A stretch of DNA of 64,000 nucleotides from Eledone cirrhosa (GCA_964016885.1 OZ024742.1:317502001-317566000); one strand, 5' to 3'. Positions 1 to 13,528 are shown, numbered from the stretch's first letter. Program-made: numbers and translations. The notes: a model not told the origin generated them from the letters alone.

Positions 1-3000
1 ATTGGCAATAAGGGCAGGGGCCCCAAGTTATCACAACCTGGGCCCGCCCGTCATCGTGCCATTGTAATAGAGCCAAACAAGGCATTTAGTCTTGGCTGCT
101 GGAACGTACGGACGCTGCTTGACAGGGATTCTTTGGAGCGTCCTGAACGAAGGACCGCTCCTGTTGCAAAGGAGCTTCGACGTTACGATCTTGACATCGT
201 GGCTTTATCTGAGACGAGGTTAGCTGGAGATGGTCATCTTACGGAATTTTGTGGAGAATATACATTCTTCTGGAAAGGAAGAGATGAAGGAACCAGAAGA
301 GAGGCTGGGGTAGGATTTGCTGTTAAGACTGTACTGGTGAATAAATTAGAAGAATTCCCAGTAGGGATTAGTGAGCGTCTTATGTCCATGAGAGTTCCGC
401 TGGACAAGGGAAGATATGCTACCCTGGTGAGTGTGTATGCTCCAACTATGAATTCTGTCGATGAAGAAAAACTGTCCTTTTACCATGCCTTGAAAGGTGT
501 TCTAAGAAATATCCCTCAGGCAGACAAAGTCATCGTGCTTGGTGACTTTAATGCTAGAGTGGGTAGGGATTTTAACACATGGAATGTAATCGGAAGGCAT
601 GGGGTGGGAAAGTGTAACAGCAATGGTATGCTCTTGCTGCAGATGTGTGAGGAGCTGGATCTGTGTGTTACCAACACCATGTTCCAACAAAAGAACAAAT
701 TCAAGACCACATGGATGCATCCTGCATCTAAGGAATGGCATCTTTTGGACTACGTCCTAGTCAGGATGCGTGACAGACAGGATGTGCAGTGTGTTCGTGT
801 TCTTCGTGGAGCTGAGTGCTGGACGGACCACCGCCTGGTACGCGCAAAAGTGAATCTAATCACCAAACGTAAAATCCGGGCTCCTGGTGTTACCCTGCCC
901 AAAAGATTGAATGCTGCTCGTCTTAGGGATAAAAATGTGAAGAGGACATTGGAAGAAGAGATGCAGGCTGCAGATCTTGGTGAGGATTGGCCGACCCTTA
1001 AAAAGTCGGTTTATGATGTAGGCAGACGTGTTCTGGGATTGGTGCAGAGAAAACATCAGGACTGGTTTAATGAGAATGATGTGCATATAGAAGACTTGTT
1101 GGCTGATAAGAGGCGTGCTCTGTCACGCTACTTGACGGCAAAACCACAGGAGAGGAATACGTTGCATGAGGAGCTCAGGGATGTAAAATCACGTGTTAGG
1201 CGGAGTCTTTCTCAGATGAAGGATCAGTGGTGGAGTGAGAAGGCTGGTGAGATACAAACTGCGTCTGATTGCAATAACACAAAGCTGTTGTACAGTCTCT
1301 TGCGTGAGGTTTATGGACCGTCTTATTCTCTGGTGACACCGATTCGCAGCAAGGATGGCAAAGAACTTCTTCGTGACTCACAGGGAATTCTACGAAGGTG
1401 GCGAGAACACTTTGATGATCTTTTGAATCAGCCGTCTGTCGTCAGTAAAGATTTCCTCAATCTCATTCCGGAAAGTCCTGTGAAAGTAGCTCTCGCAGAA
1501 CCTCCGACACTTGTGGAGGTTGCAGTGGCTATTTCGAAGCTGAACGGTGGAAGATCTCCAGGTATGGATGGCATACATGCTGAGCTCCTACAATATGGTG
1601 GTGAGAGACTCCTGCAACATCTTCACTCTCTGTTTGGAAGGATATGGGCTAATGAATCCGTGCCTGAGGACTGGAGAGATGCAGTAATGGTGGTTTTGTA
1701 CAAGGGAAAGGGTAACAGGAATGATTGTGGGGACTACAGAGGTATATCATTGCTTTCTGTCGTGGGGAAAGTTTTATGTAGGGTGCTTCTGGACCGTCTG
1801 CTGACACACATTGCAGATTGTGTCCTTCCTGAAAGTCAATCTGGTTTTCGTGCTGGACGCGGCACTACTGATATGATCTTCTCAGCTAGACAGCTCCAGG
1901 AGAAGTGCATTGAACAGGGCTTGGATCTGTATCAGGTTTTTGTCCATCTGACAAAGGCTTTCGATACTGTCAACAGAGATGCATTATGGAAGGTTCTCCA
2001 GAAACTTGGTTGCCCTGATAAGTTCCTTGCTTTAGTTAGGTCTTTCCATGACGACATGAAGGCTTGGGTTAATGTCGGAGGTAACATGTCGGAGCCTATC
2101 TCAGTAAAAAATGGAGTGAAACAGGGGGATATTCCAGCACCGACCCTGTTTGCCATATACTTTGCAATGGTTTTCTGTATTGCATTCAGGAATTGCGAGC
2201 ATGGTGTTTACATCCGATATCGAACCTCAGGCAGCATATTTAACATCAGGCGCTTTGCTGCGAAGACAAAAGTATTTACATCAGTCATAAGAGACCTCTT
2301 GTATGCAGATGATTGCGATCTTGTAGCGCACACAGAGAGTGATATGCAGCACATTTTGAATGTATTTTCTGACGCTTGCACTGCCCTGGGTTTGACTGTC
2401 AGTCTCAAGAAAACCGTCGTCATGTACCAACCTGCCCCTGGTAGGCAGTACACTGAACCAAACATCTATGTGTATGGCAAACGACTTGGAGTGGTTGATC
2501 AGTTTGTCTACCTGGGAAGCACTGTCAATCGATACGGCAACCTTGACAGTGAAATCTCACTTAGGATTAGGAAAGCAAGTGATGCTTTCGGAAAGCTAGA
2601 AAGGCGACTCTGGGGTCGGCGAGACATATGCAGGAGGACAAAGGTAAGGGTGTACAGGGCATGTGTACTCTCTTGTCTTCTTTATGCCTGCGAGACCTGG
2701 GTCACATATCGACGCCACCTTAAGCAATTGGAGCGTTTCCATCAGATGTGTCTCAGACGGATCCATGGCGTTCACTGGAGGGACCACATCAGTGATGTCG
2801 AGATTTTGGAAAGCTCTATGTGTGACAGTATAGAAGCTCTTGTGCTTAAGCAGCGACTCCGTTGGAGTGGTCACCTTGCCAGGATGAAGGATTCTAGAAT
2901 ACCAAAACAACTCTTTTATGGAGAGTTGGTTAAAGGAAAACGACCGCCACATAAACCAAAAAAGAGGTATAAGGATTCCTTGAAAGCCTCTCTGAAAGAC

Positions 3001-3483
3001 GCTAACATCTCTGCTGATACATGGGAAAATATTGCTGCTGATCGTAATAAATGGAGAAAGACTGTATATGAGGGAAAAGTTGCCTTTGAGGCATCTCGAA
3101 TCGCACACGAGAAAGTAAAGCGGGACGTGAGGAAGGGCATTGCTGTTGCACTTCCAGACGGCGAGGGTCCTCCTATGGTTCTGACATGCAGCGTCTGTGC
3201 GAGACTCTGCCTAAGCAAAGCTGGACTCGAAAGTCATCTTCGCAGTCATAAAGTAAGACCAGTGGTTGACTACCAGGCTGCTGTTGGAGATGCTACTCAT
3301 CATGCTTGCCAAACATGTGGTAGAGAATGTAAATCAGCAGGAGGACTCAAGCGACATGCAAAAGTACACGAACTCCAACCACAGCCGACTATTCCCAGTA
3401 AATGTTTTGGTTGCCGACTCTGTGCAAGACATTTTAGATCATTGGCTGGGCTAAAAAGCCACATTCGATCGCAGCACTGTTAG
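1..3483 (+). CDS. RTE-clade non-LTR retrotransposon ORF (APE endonuclease + reverse transcriptase + C-terminal C2H2 zinc fingers); true start lies left of the window
   Basis: Frame 1 is open from base 1 and includes the APE motif GCWNVRTL upstream of the ORF-track start. APE motifs LSETR, GDFNA, WTDH; RT motifs YRGISLL, QSGFR, GVKQG, LYADD; RTE-type ETW and LRWSGH; three CxxC..HxxxH fingers. Confidence 0.96.
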   Translation: MGNKGRGPKLSQPGPARHRAIVIEPNKAFSLGCWNVRTLLDRDSLERPERRTAPVAKELRRYDLDIVALSETRLAGDGHLTEFCGEYTFFWKGRDEGTRREAGVGFAVKTVLVNKLEEFPVGISERLMSMRVPLDKGRYATLVSVYAPTMNSVDEEKLSFYHALKGVLRNIPQADKVIVLGDFNARVGRDFNTWNVIGRHGVGKCNSNGMLLLQMCEELDLCVTNTMFQQKNKFKTTWMHPASKEWHLLDYVLVRMRDRQDVQCVRVLRGAECWTDHRLVRAKVNLITKRKIRAPGVTLPKRLNAARLRDKNVKRTLEEEMQAADLGEDWPTLKKSVYDVGRRVLGLVQRKHQDWFNENDVHIEDLLADKRRALSRYLTAKPQERNTLHEELRDVKSRVRRSLSQMKDQWWSEKAGEIQTASDCNNTKLLYSLLREVYGPSYSLVTPIRSKDGKELLRDSQGILRRWREHFDDLLNQPSVVSKDFLNLIPESPVKVALAEPPTLVEVAVAISKLNGGRSPGMDGIHAELLQYGGERLLQHLHSLFGRIWANESVPEDWRDAVMVVLYKGKGNRNDCGDYRGISLLSVVGKVLCRVLLDRLLTHIADCVLPESQSGFRAGRGTTDMIFSARQLQEKCIEQGLDLYQVFVHLTKAFDTVNRDALWKVLQKLGCPDKFLALVRSFHDDMKAWVNVGGNMSEPISVKNGVKQGDIPAPTLFAIYFAMVFCIAFRNCEHGVYIRYRTSGSIFNIRRFAAKTKVFTSVIRDLLYADDCDLVAHTESDMQHILNVFSDACTALGLTVSLKKTVVMYQPAPGRQYTEPNIYVYGKRLGVVDQFVYLGSTVNRYGNLDSEISLRIRKASDAFGKLERRLWGRRDICRRTKVRVYRACVLSCLLYACETWVTYRRHLKQLERFHQMCLRRIHGVHWRDHISDVEILESSMCDSIEALVLKQRLRWSGHLARMKDSRIPKQLFYGELVKGKRPPHKPKKRYKDSLKASLKDANISADTWENIAADRNKWRKTVYEGKVAFEASRIAHEKVKRDVRKGIAVALPDGEGPPMVLTCSVCARLCLSKAGLESHLRSHKVRPVVDYQAAVGDATHHACQTCGRECKSAGGLKRHAKVHELQPQPTIPSKCFGCRLCARHFRSLAGLKSHIRSQHC

Positions 3484-3489
3484 TTGCTA

Positions 3490-3563
<74 letters not shown>

Positions 3564-3642
3564 GCTTATGTGCGTGCGTGTGTGTGTATATATATATGAA
3601 TATGTATATTATTATTGTTGTTGTCGTTATTATTATTATTGC

Positions 3643-3679
<37 letters not shown>

Positions 3680-3704
3680 GTTATTAATGTATGTGTGTAT
3701 ATAT

Positions 3705-3752
<48 letters not shown>

Positions 3753-3757
3753 ATGTA

Positions 3758-3814
<57 letters not shown>

Positions 3815-3834
3815 TTTCCTTTTTTTTTTTTTTT

Positions 3835-3867
<33 letters not shown>

Positions 3868-3933
3868 TTTTATTTTATTTTATTTTTTTTTTCTTGTGCA
3901 ATGGCCATACTCGATAACGAGGGGGCAGCCATC
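1..3933 (+). mobile_element. RTE LINE including microsatellite-containing 3' UTR and terminal stem-loop
   Basis: ORF, then (TG)n/(TAT)n/(TA)n, then atggccatac-tcgataacga-gggggcagccatc at 3901-3933 (ctcg-ataa-cgag hairpin), then a (TA)/(TG) tail. Confidence 0.8.
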
Positions 3934-3940
3934 ATATATA

Positions 3941-4063
<123 letters not shown>

Positions 4064-4103
4064 AACTAAGTACGTAAGTATGTGTGCATGTATGTATGTA
4101 TGA

Positions 4104-4704
4104 TCACCAGTTGGTGCTACTGGCAACATGTATCCCAGTACAACCTGGCTCATGGTCGGGTCGTTGGCGACTAAACTGGCAACCCCACCAAGGTTTCTTG
4201 GTGAGGAGGGTGACTTTGGACATCCTGCGGGACTAAAAACAAAACCTGTCAAAGGGCAAAGGGGCTCTTAGAGTCAATGGCCATCCAAAATCACCGGGAG
4301 AGATGACCCCTTAGCCTTTGTCAAGGCAGTATTCTAGAAGAAGGAAAACTCTGATATAACACCTGCAACCCTGATGGTATCCAATGATGTTGACTTGTTC
4401 TTCGTTTTGGTAAATATCATCTTGGTTAAGAGAGTGGGACTGGCTTTGTGCAGTGCCTTTGCTCACTATAAAAGCTTCACGGCACAGGCATTGCTTTATA
4501 TCTGGAGATCTCCCTGCACTTGTCGTTACATGGTACCATGGGCCCAGCACTATGTGTCAATAATTGTCACAAGTGTAGTGTTTGTACCAGAGTTTTCAAG
4601 TCGCTGGCTGGACTAAAAAGTTACACTCGTTCAGCGCATCGGTAGGGGTTCTCCTACATGGATATAAAGTAGTGGCCGTACTCGAAAACGAGTTGGCAGC
4701 CACC
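4104..4704 (+). mobile_element. Non-autonomous RTE-dependent element (bipartite RTE-derived SINE-like), copy 1
   Basis: No ORF. Contains ctagaagaaggaaaactctga (resembles RTE 5' UTR motif). Ends gtggccgtactcgaaaacgagttggcagccacc, matching the LINE 3' end at 3901-3933. Has an (ATGT)n tail. Confidence 0.75.
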
Positions 4705-4748
4705 ATGTATGTATGTATGTATGTATGTATGTATTTATGTATGTCAGG

Positions 4749-5350
4749 TCACCAGTTGGTGCTACTGGTAACATGTATCCCAGTACAACCTGTCTCATGG
4801 TCGGGTCGTTGGCGACTAAGCTGGCAACCCCACCAAGGTTTCTTGGTGAGGAGAGTGACTTTGAACATCCTGCAGGACTAAAAACAAAACCTGTCAAAGG
4901 GCAAAGGAGCTCTTAAGAGTCAATGGCCATCCAAAATCTCCGGGAGAGATGACCGCTTAGCCTTTGTCAAGGCAGTATTCTAGGAGAAGGAAAACTCTGA
5001 TATAACACCTGGAACTTTGATGGTATCCAATGATGTTAACTTGTTCTTCTTTTTGGTAAATATCATCTTGGTTAAGAGAGTGGGACTGGCTTTGTGCAGT
5101 GCCTTTGCTCACTATGAAAGCTTCACGGCAAAGGCATTGCTTTGTATCTGGAGATCTCTCTGCACTTGTCGTCACATGGTACCATGGGCCCAACACTATG
5201 TGTCAATAATTGTCACAAGTGTAGTGTTTGTACCAGAGTTTTCAAGTCGCTGGCTGCACTAAAAAGTCACACTCGTTCAGCGCATCGGTAGGGGTTCTCC
5301 TACATGGATATAAAGTAGTGGCCGTACTCGAAAACGAGTTGGCAGCCACC
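4749..5350 (+). mobile_element. Non-autonomous RTE-dependent element, copy 2 (head-to-tail with copy 1)
   Basis: Near-identical direct repeat of 4104-4704, separated by (TATG)n and ending in (ATGT)n. Confidence 0.75.
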
Positions 5351-5428
5351 ATGTATGTATGTATGGAGACATTTCTCTGATAACGAAATATGAAAAAACG
5401 GAATAAGTTATCTCCGTCAATCCAATCG

Positions 5429-5484
<56 letters not shown>

Positions 5485-5636
5485 GTATATGTATGTATGT
5501 ATATGTATGTATGTATGTATGTATATGTATGTAGGTATGCATATGTATATATGTATATATGTATATATGTATTTATATGTATATATATATATGTGTGTGT
5601 GTGTGTATACATATATATATATATGTGTGTGTATAT

Positions 5637-5690
<54 letters not shown>

Positions 5691-5704
5691 ATATATATGT
5701 ATAT

Positions 5705-5735
<31 letters not shown>

Positions 5736-6209
5736 TTAATATATATGTATATATATATATGTATGTGTGCGCATGTGTCTACATATGTTTGTAGGTGTGT
5801 GTGTTGACCCATGTGTGTGATAGTGTGTATGTGTATATATATATATATATATATGCGTGTGTACGTCTCTGTGTGTGTATGCCTTACATACGCATTTGAA
5901 AGAAACAACATAGACAGTAAAACAGGCTTGTACTCGGCACAATATAACTGTCTGGAAAGATAGTGGGTGTTATATATTAGCATGAGGAAAGTGTCTGCAA
6001 TACATATTTCAAAAAATTAATTAGTTGCATACGATATTATCGTTTTTCTACCTGTTACCAATTATAAACATATCTGCGTATACAAATATATATGTATATA
6101 TATATAGATATATAGATATATAGATATTTATATATAAAAATAAAATATTGTATATACTCTATGCATTGAGTACCTTACTTACTGTGATTACCCCTGATGA
6201 ACCTTGGAT

Positions 6210-6246
<37 letters not shown>

Positions 6247-6249
<3 letters not shown>

Positions 6250-6380
6250 AACGGGTAGGACCCCGACGGCTGAGCTCAGCCGTCGGGGCCCTACCCATTC
6301 CTATTACCCACTCTACTACACTAAGTATTGAGTACTTTGGTGTGTTATGGTCCATCTGGTTCCTTACCACAGTTCCTTCG

Positions 6381-6382
<2 letters not shown>
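6247..6382 (+). repeat. Penelope-type pLTR 3' fragment in (TA)n with terminal fold-back palindrome
   Basis: taggaccccgacggctgagctcagccgtcggggcccta palindrome. Same family at 6446-6590, 15390-15489, 16153-16233, 22336-22521 and 54263-54454. Confidence 0.7.
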
Positions 6383-6447
<65 letters not shown>

Positions 6448-6823
6448 AATGGATGCAGTAAAAACCTGTTAGACCATTATACACCAGACCAGAGTACTCG
6501 ATACTTGGGGTAGTATAGTGTGATAATATGAAGGATTCGAGACCCCGACGGCTGAGCTACTGCCGTTTCAACTGCTGATTCCTGACTCATATATATATAT
6601 CATCTATTCAAAATAGAACGTACGTCTACATGACTAGTACTGTTACATTCGGTTGCTGGACAACATCTATGGCGCCATGAGGGACGGCTGGTATTTATGG
6701 GTGGCTGCTGGTATTCCACAAACCACTTTGTTCGGAGTGGAACTTTCTAGGCGCAAATCTCATTGTCTTTTGTGGCTGAAGGGGATCTTTATACCTCTTA
6801 CCCTTTATATATATATACATGAA

Positions 6824-6906
<83 letters not shown>

Positions 6907-9314
6907 GTAAGAATTTTCATTTACCTCTGTTCGATTTTCTATTTCGTGTATATCTATATTTGGTTTGTTTTTGCTGACACGGAGAGTAGTTGGCCCAACA
7001 TTCTAAATGGTTTTATTTTTTGACATTTATTCAAAAAAGAATTTGGCCAAATAACCCCTTTATTGATTTTACGCATATAAAATAAAAGAAAGAAATATGA
7101 AGAAAAATATGAAATGCAAGCAAATACACAGAAAACCAAAACAAACAAAATCACAACTACATATGCTATTAACAGTCTTGTTGGCTGTGAGAATCAATGT
7201 AAATATCAACCATGCTTGGCTTCATACCATTTTTTTTAATGATACCGTATAAGCTAGTCTGTAAAGGCATTAAAAATATATTGATCTTTAACGATATACA
7301 TCTATAGTATTGTGCGAATACCTATTAGACTTTCGGATACTACATACCTTATCTCCATGCTGGTAATTCAGGGATTCAGCCTTCACCGAGATGATCTACG
7401 ATCAATTTCATTCCCTCCATGACCTTGATATCGTTTTATGTGTGATTAATGAAGATTTAGATGATGTTGGATATTTCCATTTAAAGACAATAAGATGTTT
7501 GTTTCCAAAACACTTTCTATGCTCACATCATTTTACTGTATACTGTAAACTTGTAAATGAAATATTGGAACAATTCTAAGAAGTACATAAGGAAGTGATT
7601 ATCATTTACTAAACATCATTCTCTTACTTCCATTAAAAGGATCTATCCGTCGGCCTAAGATCATTGTGTTAATATCTAACAGAAAATATTTGGTTTGTTT
7701 AACATGTTTTCCTCCACAACAAAATATGTCATAGGCTGTTACAATTTATTTCAGTTCATTCAGGAAATTAATCTCCATCTATTCATAATTAGAGCGTTGG
7801 ATAAAATAGCCTTGCATTAATTTAATTATGACATTCTGCATTCCAGCCAACTTTGCCTTTCTCCATACCGAGATCAATATAATAAAGTACCCGTTAAGTA
7901 CTTAGGTTGATTTAATCGACTTTTCCCTTTCCCTAAAATTGTTGATAATGCGCCTAAATTAGGAATTATTCTGTATATGTGTCGTTCATAATCTTGAAGC
8001 ACACCCTAACTCGATTAACAAAATGATTAACGTAATATAGTATTATTTTTTAATCAGTTCATGCATCCTGAATTAATATGTTACTGCATGTTTCGTTGTG
8101 TCCCAGGAACAAGCCACTTCATTTTAAATTTCTTAGTGGACAATACTAGTCGTCGCACTAATATATCACATCCAAGTACTGGGTAGAATATAAAGAGACA
8201 ATATAAATGAATGTTTCAAAAAGGATTTCATCATCAAAGACCCATAAAGAACCGTAAACACATAAAAGACCCATAAAACACATTTAACTTTGATAGAAAA
8301 ACGTATAGACAAAAAAAGATCAGATAGAGGCCCAAAAGTAGTGATTTTGATAGGATTTCTAAATGAATAATTATATCACAAAATAGAAATATTTGGCCGA
8401 CATTTTAAAGAATACATTATTGGGAAGGGAAGGCGCCTTCATAGCGGCTGCATTATTTTTCGGAACAAATCAAAAGACAAACTATAAACATTTCACATTT
8501 TAAATGCTATCCACTCATCCTTTAGATTCACAACAGAAATCAATGAGAAAGAACTTCTATTTAGGTAATCCTCATAAAATGATGCAATGCCATATTTATG
8601 ACAGACATATTTTACAGACAGACACTATACACAGTATGACAAGACGAATATACGCAAAAGTGGTTAATACAGATCTACGGCAAATAACTCATGGTAAAAT
8701 TAAAGGTTTTCCTAAACAAATATATATCTTGAAATTAAGGGACGACGGATTAAAAAAGCAACTGAATTAGATATATTCAAACTTAGGGCTTCTAGACCAA
8801 ACGTTGGGTAAGATATCATTCCACTTGTATATATTATTGATCCAAGAGTACCAAATATATTTTCCAGCATTTATGCAAGCTTCTTAATCCTTTTCGATAG
8901 CACAACAATGAAAGTTATTGTGATAAAATTCGCAACCATCAACATCAAACGACATCTAAAGAAACTCAAAATATATCTAAGTGGAGCAAAATTTACATCA
9001 GAAAAAAATTCTAAATTTATTTTAGTGTTAGTATGTGTGAGACATGCAGCAACAACGTCTGTAACTATTTAAAACCTTGTTACGAATTGAAAAACGAACA
9101 ACCCTTGAAAATACATAAACAAATGAACTGGAAAACAGAAAATGTGATATATTGTAGTCTGTCTCGAGTATGTTAATAAACAAAGGTGCATATGTGATCT
9201 TGATCTTATGTTTGCGTGTATGGGTAGACATACATCTGGGTATGTTTGTAAGATATTCTACATAAGGGAAACTACACACTTTTAGCCTCTTCTTCTGTGG
9301 ACTTCTTTGGAGTG

Positions 9315-9646
9315 GAGAAATGTGTTAAATACTACCGAACAGTGTTGAATAATGCATTATGAAATAATATAGATTCCACAGGCCACGCATTGAAAAACAT
9401 GTAAGATTTTCTAGTATTCAATAAATGATTCATTGAATATCAGCATGGAGCCTTCAATATGAAACCATAGAGGTAGATACACTATATTATGTAAAGTATA
9501 TGGCAAACTGGCATATATCTTCCTGGGTACTCGACTTTTCCTGAAGTAAGCTGATATTATTGATGCTTCGTTCGTCAGCTTGCTTCTGGAAACTCCGAGT
9601 ACCCAGCAAGGTATATTCCAGCTCGCTATGTGTTTTATATAATGTA

Positions 9647-9648
<2 letters not shown>
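9315..9648 (-). repeat. pLTR-like repeat ending in a fold-back (about 9481-9648); inverted homolog at about 16350-16625
   Basis: Imperfect inverted arms flank aagctga...tcagctt. Reverse-complement match to 16350-16625. Abuts (TA)n. Confidence 0.7.
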
Positions 9649-9724
<76 letters not shown>

Positions 9725-9981
9725 ACGCAATGAATTCTCGACAGTTGGATTACGTAACTGTCTTTATCCCATTGCAGAAACTAATTAGTTGGAGTGAAAA
9801 TTTAAGTAAGAAAAAAATTTTTTTTAAATTTTTTTTAAAAAAATATTTTCTTATTTTACGTCCTTTATATTATTGTTCTGCATTCTCCTGCATTGAACCA
9901 CCTAGGTACTATGACATAACCTGTGTATTTGCTGGCATGGGCGTGCATCTGTGCGCTTATGTTAGTTGATATATTAAATTA

Positions 9982-10025
<44 letters not shown>

Positions 10026-10334
10026 AAAATTATAAGTGTGAATATCAAATAGATAAAATATACCAGATTTCTTTCTTCAAAGTCCTGACTGTACAGTTTC
10101 GCCGATTGGTGTGCAGAATAAATTAGGTATATTTTACTTTCTAATTGTTATATAGCTCTGATTAAATGATTGTTTATTTAATTCTCTGTGTCATCGAGAA
10201 AAAATGATAAAGGAGGGACACTGCATATATGTATATATGTGCATATGTTTGTTTATACTTAAGTATATATATATGGATGTGTATCTTATTTTCTCAGATG
10301 TGAGAAAAACCACAAACCCTACATCTCAATTCTA

Positions 10335-10370
10335 CTTTTGAAAAGCAGAAGAACTGCGAAACCGGTAAAG
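10335..10370 (+). ncRNA. Minimal type I hammerhead ribozyme, U3-A8 core variant
   Basis: ctt-TTGAAAA-gcag(aagaa)ctgc-GAAA-ccgg-TA-aag; palindromic stem-III tetramer. Confidence 0.6.
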
Positions 10371-10515
10371 GAACCGAATAAGTATATATTTTTATAAAGA
10401 AAAGACTCCAGTTGCATTTTCGATTTCATCTTTTTTCCTTATACTTTCACTCGTGTAGGACACCTCGTTTTTTTTTCATTTTGTAAAAATAAAACACTTT
10501 CTAATATATATATAG

Positions 10516-11589
10516 AGTTAACCCCAGGACTACCGATGGGTTTCGGAAAAACTTAAGCTCTTTCTTCTCTAATCTAGGATTTAGTATAACTATAGAATCT
10601 AATATGACTAGGGCCAACTTCTTAGATGTCACTCTCGACCTAGATACTTCCTTCTATTACCCGTACCACAAACCTAACGAGTCCCTTAGATATATTAACG
10701 TTAATTCAAACCATCCCCATAACATCACTGATAACCTAGTAAAAAGCGTCTCTATTAGAATATCTGGCCTCTCCGCCAACAAAGATATTTTTAACGCATT
10801 TGCCTCCTACTACAATGACGCCCTCGCCCGCAGCGGATTTAAAGAAAAGATAACATACCTAGAAACCACCGCAGGTTGCAGAGGAGGAATAGACATAGGC
10901 AGATTAGCTGGTACAACCCTCCCTTCAATAGAGAGGTCTCTACACCGATAGCTAGGATTTTCTTCACTTTGCTGAAATTACACTTCCCCATACAACATAG
11001 GTACCACACCATCCTTAATAAGAACACAATAAGACTCTCCTACTCCACCACACCTAACCTAGCTAGGAATATAGCCAACCACAATTCTAAAAAATTAAAT
11101 AAACCAACCACCTCCGAACCCAATCCCCGGACTGGGGTGCTGTATAATTGCCTAAATAAGGAAGCATGCCCACTTGAAAACAAATGCCTCACAAATGATA
11201 TCGTATACAAATGTGATGTCATCTCAGGCACCGATGATTGCAAAGAAACTTACATCGGCATGACCTCCAACAACTTTAAGACCCGTTGGTATGCCCATAC
11301 CCACTCCCTCAGAACACCGGACAAATCAAACCGGACAACACTCGCCTCCTATGTTTGGGACCTCAAAAGGAACTCCACCCCCTTCACGCTTAAATGGAAA
11401 ATACTCCAGAAAGCGCGCTCTTACAACGGAGGACACACGGGCTGCGACCTCTGTATCTCAGAGAGCTACGAAATTTTATTCGCCAAGGGCCCGCTACTGA
11501 ACAAACTCTCTGAACACTGCCCGAACTGCATGCACAAGAACTTTGCAACTTTCAAACACTTTAAGCCAGTGTTAAAGCCCGATGGCTAA
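10516..11589 (+). pseudogene. 5'-truncated Penelope-like element: RT C-terminus + GIY-YIG endonuclease, frameshift near 10876
   Basis: NFLDVTLDL, YHKPN..YINVNSNHP, WYNPPF, CPLENKC, IVYKC...YIGMT, FKTRWYAH, CDLCISE across ORFs 10604-10951 and 10876-11589. Confidence 0.9.
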
Positions 11590-11769
11590 AAACGACCTCC
11601 CCCTATTGGCCCTTATTCCTCCTTCCCACCCTACCCCCACCCCTCCTCAACCTGAAATCCGGCCACTGTGGTTATGTGAGTACCTCTTACCTATCTGCAT
11701 TCTCTGTTGTAGAGCTCTTTCTATGTGCCTGTGTATATGCGTATATTTATTGAGTACTTATTTATTTGT

Positions 11770-12025
11770 TAGTGTACATATTTGTGTGTATGTATGTATA
11801 TGTATGTGTATGTTTATGTACTGTATGTATGAGTATGTGTGCACATATGTATGTGTGTGTGTGTATATATATTTATATGTGTATGTGTATTTATGTGTAT
11901 ATCTGTATGTATGGGTATACGTGTATGTATGTGCATGTGTGTATATATATGTGTATATGTATATATATATATATATATAGGTGTATATATGTATGTATGT
12001 CTATATATGTGTATGTGTGTTTATG

Positions 12026-12098
<73 letters not shown>

Positions 12099-12181
12099 GT
12101 ATATATATATGTGTATGTATATGTGTGTATATATATTTATATGTGTGTATATACATATGTGTATGTATATGTATGTATGTA

Positions 12182-12230
<49 letters not shown>

Positions 12231-12287
12231 ATGCAGGTATGTATGTGTATGTATGTATCTATATGTATGTGTATGTATGTATATGTG

Positions 12288-12322
<35 letters not shown>

Positions 12323-12434
12323 GTATATATATATATATATGTGTGTATATGTGTATGTGTATTCGTATGTATATATATATGTATATATGTATATATATAT
12401 GTATATATTTTATATATATATATATGTATATGTT

Positions 12435-12465
<31 letters not shown>

Positions 12466-12466
12466 A

Positions 12467-12529
<63 letters not shown>

Positions 12530-12564
12530 ATATATATATATATATGTATTTGTGTGTTTGTATA

Positions 12565-12595
<31 letters not shown>

Positions 12596-12600
12596 GTATA

Positions 12601-12631
<31 letters not shown>
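11770..12631. repeat. Compound (TA)n/(TG)n/(TATG)n microsatellite
   Basis: Direct reading. Confidence 0.95.
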
Positions 12632-13180
12632 CTCACCCATATTTTTCATATATTTACCCAAACTGCAATTCTGTATTTCTCTCTTTCTCTCTTACTGCTC
12701 CCTCGCTCTCTCTGTTTCTCTTACTTTCTTTCGTCCCCTCTGCCATGTCAGTTAACTCTTTCTCTCTACTGACCTCTTCCTCGCACTCCCACTCACTCAG
12801 TCCCTGTTTCTCCCCTTCTTTCTTCCTCCCGTTCGCTGGGAAAACGGTTTTCATTCTTTCTAACACCGGATTCACTAGCGAAAGGTCTGTTTCTGACTCG
12901 CTCATATATTCACACAGCTTATGCTGAAAGAATAACTATGTTGCTTGTGTTTATTTCCATCTTCGGTTAGCTTCCCCCTGTGTTGTTTACTTGTCTCACT
13001 CTCTTTACGCGTTTCTATTGTCCTAATAACTTATTTTAGTTATTATCGTTCCAACGTGAGGTATATGATTTTTAATGCGATGAAATACCCATGATCATTT
13101 GGTAAATCACTGATGAGGGACTTATTTTATAACATGTTATACATGTGCAACCAGCAGTATTCTTCTCGCCCATATTTTTC

Positions 13181-13205
13181 ATATATATATATATGTATGT
13201 ATTTG

Positions 13206-13242
<37 letters not shown>

Positions 13243-13270
13243 ATGTGTGTATGTATGTATGCATGTGTGA

Positions 13271-13334
<64 letters not shown>

Positions 13335-13348
13335 GTGCGCCTGCGTAC

Positions 13349-13404
<56 letters not shown>

Positions 13405-13497
13405 GTATATATATATATGTGTATATATGTATGTATATATATATATGTGTATATGTATTTATGTGTATATATGTATGTGTGTGTGTGTATATGTGTA

Positions 13498-13528
<31 letters not shown>

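Noticed and set aside
4104-4210. Possible HDV-like or twister ribozyme at the 5' end of the RTE-derived unit
   Set aside because: Hairpins and a CTAA are present, but I could not fit P1, P2 and P1.1 consistently; needs a descriptor search.
6194-6212. CTGATGA
   Set aside because: No stem II or GAAA follows; homologous ends at 15301 and 45480 lack it.
8200-9020. A-rich stretch that may be a very old RT remnant
   Set aside because: No motif could be read with confidence.
13110-13130. ctgatgaggga downstream of the Penelope body
   Set aside because: No GAAA or stems follow; at best a truncated hammerhead.
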